A stretch of DNA of 64,000 nucleotides from positions 544-64,543 of the forward strand of contig CALUJN010000059.1 of assembly GCA_944320985.1 (NCBI GenBank). The letters run 5' to 3'. The translations under genes were made by a program, and so were the position numbers. Below are positions 59,659 through 64,000 of the stretch, piece by piece; positions within the stretch are counted from its first letter, which is position 1, and each line of letters opens with the position of its first letter. The stretch comes from an uncultured Alistipes sp. (lineage in GTDB: Bacteria > Bacteroidota > Bacteroidia > Bacteroidales > Rikenellaceae). The notes below the pieces were generated by a model, which had not been told where the DNA came from, did not search any database, and saw nothing but the letters and a program-made list of their open reading frames with translations.

Positions 59659-60237
59659 CTATTCTATGGCTAATTTCTGTGCTTCGTCGAGAGCAATGTT
59701 AAGCTTCAATACATTTACCTTATACGTTCCGAAAAGTCCCAGCCAGGGTTTCTGTATGGTTTTCTCCACAATTTTCCGAACCTGATCTTCCGACATGCCG
59801 CGGGCTTCGGCGACACGACGAATCTGCACTTCGGCTCCGCGCGGTGAAATGTCCGGATCCAGTCCCGATCCGCTGGCCGTAACCATCTCTGCGGGTACAT
59901 CTTTCCTTTCGAGATAGGGGTGGGCCTCCAAAAAGACCTCGATGCGAGCCTCTACTTCGGCCAGATATTCCGGATTGTTGGTTCCCTTGTTGCTGCCGCC
60001 CGAAGCTCCGCCATTGTAATCGACGGCAGAGGGGCGGCCCCAGAAGTAGCGGTCGTCGGTGAATTGCTGCCCGACGTTGGCAGCGCCGACGATTTTCCCG
60101 TTCAGTTCGACCATCGGGGCCTCCCCGTCATTCGGTGAAGCAACCGCGGCTGTCAAACGCAGGATCAATACATACCCGATGGTGAGCACGACACACATCA
60201 CCAGGGTGAACTTAAGCGATATCCATAAATTTTTCAT
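59659..60237 (-). CDS. kdpC: K+-transporting ATPase subunit C
   Basis: VGQQFT..YFWGRPSA, SGGSN, VTASGSGLDPDIS, VNVLKLNIALD. Confidence 0.96.
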   Translation of the reverse strand: MKNLWISLKFTLVMCVVLTIGYVLILRLTAAVASPNDGEAPMVELNGKIVGAANVGQQFTDDRYFWGRPSAVDYNGGASGGSNKGTNNPEYLAEVEARIEVFLEAHPYLERKDVPAEMVTASGSGLDPDISPRGAEVQIRRVAEARGMSEDQVRKIVEKTIQKPWLGLFGTYKVNVLKLNIALDEAQKLAIE

Positions 60238-60250
60238 GATTCTTCTTCCT

Positions 60251-62293
60251 TTAAAAAAATACGCTAATTAAAATATCGCTCAGTTTGATTCCCACGAATG
60301 GAGCGACAATACCTCCCAGCCCGTAGATAAACAGGTTGCGGCGCAGCAGGGCGGAGGCTCCGATCGGCTTGTAGCTTACGCCGCGAAGAGCCAGCGGAAT
60401 CAGCAGCGGAATGATGATCGCATTGAAGATCACGGCCGACAGAATGGCACTCTCGGGCGAATGGAGCCGCATGATATTGAGAGCCTGCAACGACGGGATC
60501 GAGGTGATGAACAGCGCCGGCACAATGGCGAAGTATTTGGCCACGTCATTGGCGATGGAGAAGGTGGTCAGCGTTCCGCGGGTCATGAGCAACTGTTTGC
60601 CGATCTCCACGATCTCGATCAGTTTCGTCGGGTCGTTGTCCAGGTCGACCATGTTGCCGGCCTCCTTGGCCGCCTGGGTCCCGCTGTTCATGGCCACGCC
60701 GACATCGGCCTGGGCCAGGGCCGGGGCATCGTTCGTCCCGTCTCCCATCATGGCAACCAGTTTCCCGGCCTGTTGCTCCCGTTTGATGTATTCCATCTTG
60801 TCTTCCGGTTTGGCTTCGGCGATAAAGTCATCCACACCCGCTTTTTCGGCAATATATTTTGCGGTCAGCGGATTGTCCCCGGTTACCATCACGGTTTTGA
60901 CGCCCATCCTGCGGAGCCGCTCGAACCGCTCGCGAATGCCGGTCTTGATAATGTCCTGCAATTCGATTACCCCTTGTACCTGTTCATCGGAGCAAACTAC
61001 CAGAGGTGTGCCGCCATTGGCCGAGATCCTTTGGACGATTTCGTCGATCTCCTGCGGGAAGGCGTGCCCGGCGTCGGTAACGATCTTCCGAATCGCTTCG
61101 GTGGCCCCTTTGCGGATGCGGACCCCGTCCGGCATGTTCACACCCGAACAACGGGTTTCGGCCGTAAATTGGACCATCCGCATGCCCACCATCTCCCGAG
61201 GTTCCACTTTGACGCCCTGTTTCGAACCGAGTTCCACGATGGATTTACCTTCCGGAGTCTGATCGGCAACGGAGGAGAGAACGCACATCCGGACAAATGA
61301 TCCGGCATCTTTGCCCTGGACCGGATAGAAGCGGGTTGCTTTCCGGTTGCCGATGGTGATGGTTCCGGTTTTGTCCAGCAATAGCGTGTCGATGTCCCCG
61401 GCCGTTTCCACGGCCTTTCCCGATTTGGTGATTACGTTGGCCCGCAGGGCCCGATCCATCCCGGCGATACCGATTGCCGACAACAAACCACCGATGGTCG
61501 TCGGAATCAGACAGACGAACAGCGAGATGAAGGCCGCAATCGTAATGTTGGCGCCGATGTAGTCCGCAAAGGGTTTTAGTGCGGCGCAGACGATGACGAA
61601 AACAAGGGTAAAACCTGCCAGCAGAATCGTCAACGCAATCTCGTTAGGGGTCTTCTGGCGGGAAGAGCCCTCCACCAGCGAAATCATCTTGTCGAGAAAA
61701 CTTTCACCGGGCTGGGCTGTTACCTTGACCAAAATACGGTCGGAAAGGATTTTGGTGCCTCCCGTTACCGAACTCTTGTCGCCGCCGGCTTCACGGATCA
61801 CCGGAGCCGATTCCCCCGTGATGGCGCTTTCGTCAATGGAGGCCAGCCCCTCGATGATTTCGCCGTCGGTCGGGATCGTGTCGCCCGCCACGCACTCGAA
61901 AACATCTCCACGTTTTAATTCCGAACTGCTTACGATTTTGACTTTTCCATTACCGGCAACCAGTTTCGCAGGGGTCTCCTCCCGGGTTTTCCGGAGCGAA
62001 TCCGCCTGTGCCTTACCGCGAGCCTCGGCAATCGCTTCCGCGAAATTGGCAAAGAGCACCGTCAGCAGCAAAATTGCAAAGACGACCAGATTATACCAGA
62101 ATGAGCCTTGAGAATCGTCGCCCGAGACAACAATATAGATCAGCATCAACAGCATGACGGCTGTTGCCGTTTCCACCGTGAACATGATCGGATTCTTGAT
62201 CATCTTCCGCGGATCGAGTTTCCGGAAAGACTCCACGAAACTCGTTTTCAGAAGCTGCTTGTCAAACAGCGCAGTATTGATTTGTTTTTTCAT
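60251..62293 (-). CDS. kdpB: K+-transporting ATPase subunit B
   Basis: [35 protein letters not shown]. Confidence 0.97.
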   Translation of the reverse strand: MKKQINTALFDKQLLKTSFVESFRKLDPRKMIKNPIMFTVETATAVMLLMLIYIVVSGDDSQGSFWYNLVVFAILLLTVLFANFAEAIAEARGKAQADSLRKTREETPAKLVAGNGKVKIVSSSELKRGDVFECVAGDTIPTDGEIIEGLASIDESAITGESAPVIREAGGDKSSVTGGTKILSDRILVKVTAQPGESFLDKMISLVEGSSRQKTPNEIALTILLAGFTLVFVIVCAALKPFADYIGANITIAAFISLFVCLIPTTIGGLLSAIGIAGMDRALRANVITKSGKAVETAGDIDTLLLDKTGTITIGNRKATRFYPVQGKDAGSFVRMCVLSSVADQTPEGKSIVELGSKQGVKVEPREMVGMRMVQFTAETRCSGVNMPDGVRIRKGATEAIRKIVTDAGHAFPQEIDEIVQRISANGGTPLVVCSDEQVQGVIELQDIIKTGIRERFERLRRMGVKTVMVTGDNPLTAKYIAEKAGVDDFIAEAKPEDKMEYIKREQQAGKLVAMMGDGTNDAPALAQADVGVAMNSGTQAAKEAGNMVDLDNDPTKLIEIVEIGKQLLMTRGTLTTFSIANDVAKYFAIVPALFITSIPSLQALNIMRLHSPESAILSAVIFNAIIIPLLIPLALRGVSYKPIGASALLRRNLFIYGLGGIVAPFVGIKLSDILISVFF

Positions 62294-62307
62294 CTTGTTA
62301 TTCCGAA

Positions 62308-63999
62308 TTAGCAACTTAAATAGTCAGCGATCGGGCCCAATGCCAAGGCTGGGAAGAACGAGAGGGCCGCAACAATGATGATCACGACAAAAGTCATCAG
62401 CGAGAAGGTAAACGTATCCGTTTTCAACGTGCCGGCACTCTCGGGAACGTACTTTTTCGAAGCAAGCAGACCGGCAATGGCCACCTGTCCCACAATCGGG
62501 AAATAACGTCCCATAATCAGCGCGATACCGGTCGAAATATTCCAGAACGGCGTGTTGTCGGCCAGGCCTTCGAATCCGGAACCGTTATTTGCCGCCGCGG
62601 AGGTGTATTCGTAAAGCATCTCGCTCAGCCCGTGGAACGAGGGGTTGTTGAGCCATCCGATTTCCGGATGGATTGCGGCGACGGCCGAGGAAATGCCGGC
62701 CCCGATAAGGATCAGAAACGGGTGCATGAGCACAACCAGCGTCGCAATTTTCATCTCCCGGGCCTCCACCTTCTTGCCGAGAAACTCGGGAGTTCGCCCG
62801 ACCATCAGACCGCTGATGAATACGGCGATAATCAGGAACGTAAAGTAGTTCATCCAGCCGACGCCCACGCCGCCGAACCAGCAGTTGATCTGCATGTTGA
62901 GCATTTGAAGCATTCCACTGAGCGGGGTTTGGCTGTCATGCATCGAGTTCACGGATCCGTTGGAAGTGACGGTGGTCGCCATGCCCCACAGGGCCGAAGC
63001 CCCCGAGCCGATACGGATCTCCTTGCCCTCCATCGAACCGAGATCCTGTTCAATCCCCATTTCGTCGATTTGGGGGTTGCCGCCCATCTCCTGGGATACG
63101 GATACGCATACGCCGACCGTAAAGGCAAAAAGCATCACGCCGAAGATCCATGCGGCCAGTTTCCGGCGGCGAATATAGAATCCGACGGCCCACACCATGG
63201 CCATGGGCAGAATCAGAATGGAACAGCATTCCAGGATGTTCGTAAAAGCGTTCGGGTTTTCAAGCGGATGCGAGGAGTTTGTTCCGAAATATCCGCCACC
63301 GTTTGTCCCGAGTTGCTTAATGGAAACGATTGCTGCTGTCGGGCCCTGGCTGATCACCTGTTCGTGGCCTTCGAGCGTCTCGATCGTCTGTTTGCCGTCG
63401 AAAGACATGGGAGTTCCGTTGACAACCAGCAGAATGCCCACCAGCAGCGAAAGCGGCATCAAGATTCGGGTTACACTCTTTGTCAGGAAAACCCAAAAAT
63501 TCCCGATGGTCTTTGTCGTTTTAGCAACAAGGGCCTTCATGACTCCGGCGAGAGCCGCCATGCCGCAGGCTGCAGTGACAAACTGGAAAAGCATGATGAC
63601 GAACAGCTGCGTAAAGTAGGTGAGTCCGGACTCTCCGCTGTAATGTTGAAGGTTGCAGTTCACCATAAAGCTGATCGTCGTATTGAACGCCAGATCGGGA
63701 GACTGGCCTCCGTTGCCGTCCGGATTCAGCGGAAGCCAGCCCTGGCAGACCAGCAATACCATTCCCCAAATAAACCAGAATACATTGACAGTCAGCAATG
63801 CTTTCAGGAACTGTTTCCAGTTCATCTCCTCATCGGGATGGATTCCGCACAGTTTGTAGATCCGCCGCTCGACGGGAGCCATGAAGTCAAGCCAGGTACG
63901 CTCTCCTTTATATACTTTGGCAATGTATCGCCCCAGTGGATAGCTGAGTGCCACTAACGCGGCCCATTGCAGGATGACGCCTAAAATTTCGGTATTCAT
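62308..63999 (-). CDS. kdpA: K+-transporting ATPase subunit A
   Basis: [53 protein letters not shown]. Confidence 0.97.
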   Translation of the reverse strand: MNTEILGVILQWAALVALSYPLGRYIAKVYKGERTWLDFMAPVERRIYKLCGIHPDEEMNWKQFLKALLTVNVFWFIWGMVLLVCQGWLPLNPDGNGGQSPDLAFNTTISFMVNCNLQHYSGESGLTYFTQLFVIMLFQFVTAACGMAALAGVMKALVAKTTKTIGNFWVFLTKSVTRILMPLSLLVGILLVVNGTPMSFDGKQTIETLEGHEQVISQGPTAAIVSIKQLGTNGGGYFGTNSSHPLENPNAFTNILECCSILILPMAMVWAVGFYIRRRKLAAWIFGVMLFAFTVGVCVSVSQEMGGNPQIDEMGIEQDLGSMEGKEIRIGSGASALWGMATTVTSNGSVNSMHDSQTPLSGMLQMLNMQINCWFGGVGVGWMNYFTFLIIAVFISGLMVGRTPEFLGKKVEAREMKIATLVVLMHPFLILIGAGISSAVAAIHPEIGWLNNPSFHGLSEMLYEYTSAAANNGSGFEGLADNTPFWNISTGIALIMGRYFPIVGQVAIAGLLASKKYVPESAGTLKTDTFTFSLMTFVVIIIVAALSFFPALALGPIADYLSC

Positions 64000-64000
64000 T

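Overview
Chromosomal window from a high-GC Bacteroidales organism. The Bacteroidales call rests on TAnnTTTG promoters, atp and kdp gene orders and type V pilins; Alistipes/Rikenellaceae is my inference. In order it holds: (1) an RND efflux operon (MFP, Cys-rich TetR, permease, TolC) followed by a LytS/LytTR pair; (2) a long leader and a 13.3 kb type V pilus operon (DUF3575, DUF3868/OmpA-like, Mfa1-like, Mfa2-like, six more pilin lipoproteins); (3) an aqpZ pseudogene; (4) an anaerobic glycerol operon, glpABC-glpK-glpF, plus an uncharacterised predicted outer-membrane barrel and a DeoR regulator; (5) the F1Fo ATP synthase operon atpDCBEFHAG; (6) rho with a long disordered insert, then an S1/P1 nuclease; (7) an uncharacterised module of DUF1893, TonB receptor, solitary ECF S-component-like protein and DUF362; (8) a TPR-TM-HTH regulator, a symmetric operator-like site and a lipoprotein; (9) DUF4251 and a second, lesioned RND operon with TetR and divergent AraC; (10) the kdpABC-kdpD-histidine kinase operon. 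I saw no rRNA, tRNA, CRISPR array, transposase, integrase or reverse transcriptase. Several single-base and homopolymer anomalies could be real mutations or consensus errors and need read-level checking. Family names come from motif recognition, not database searches.
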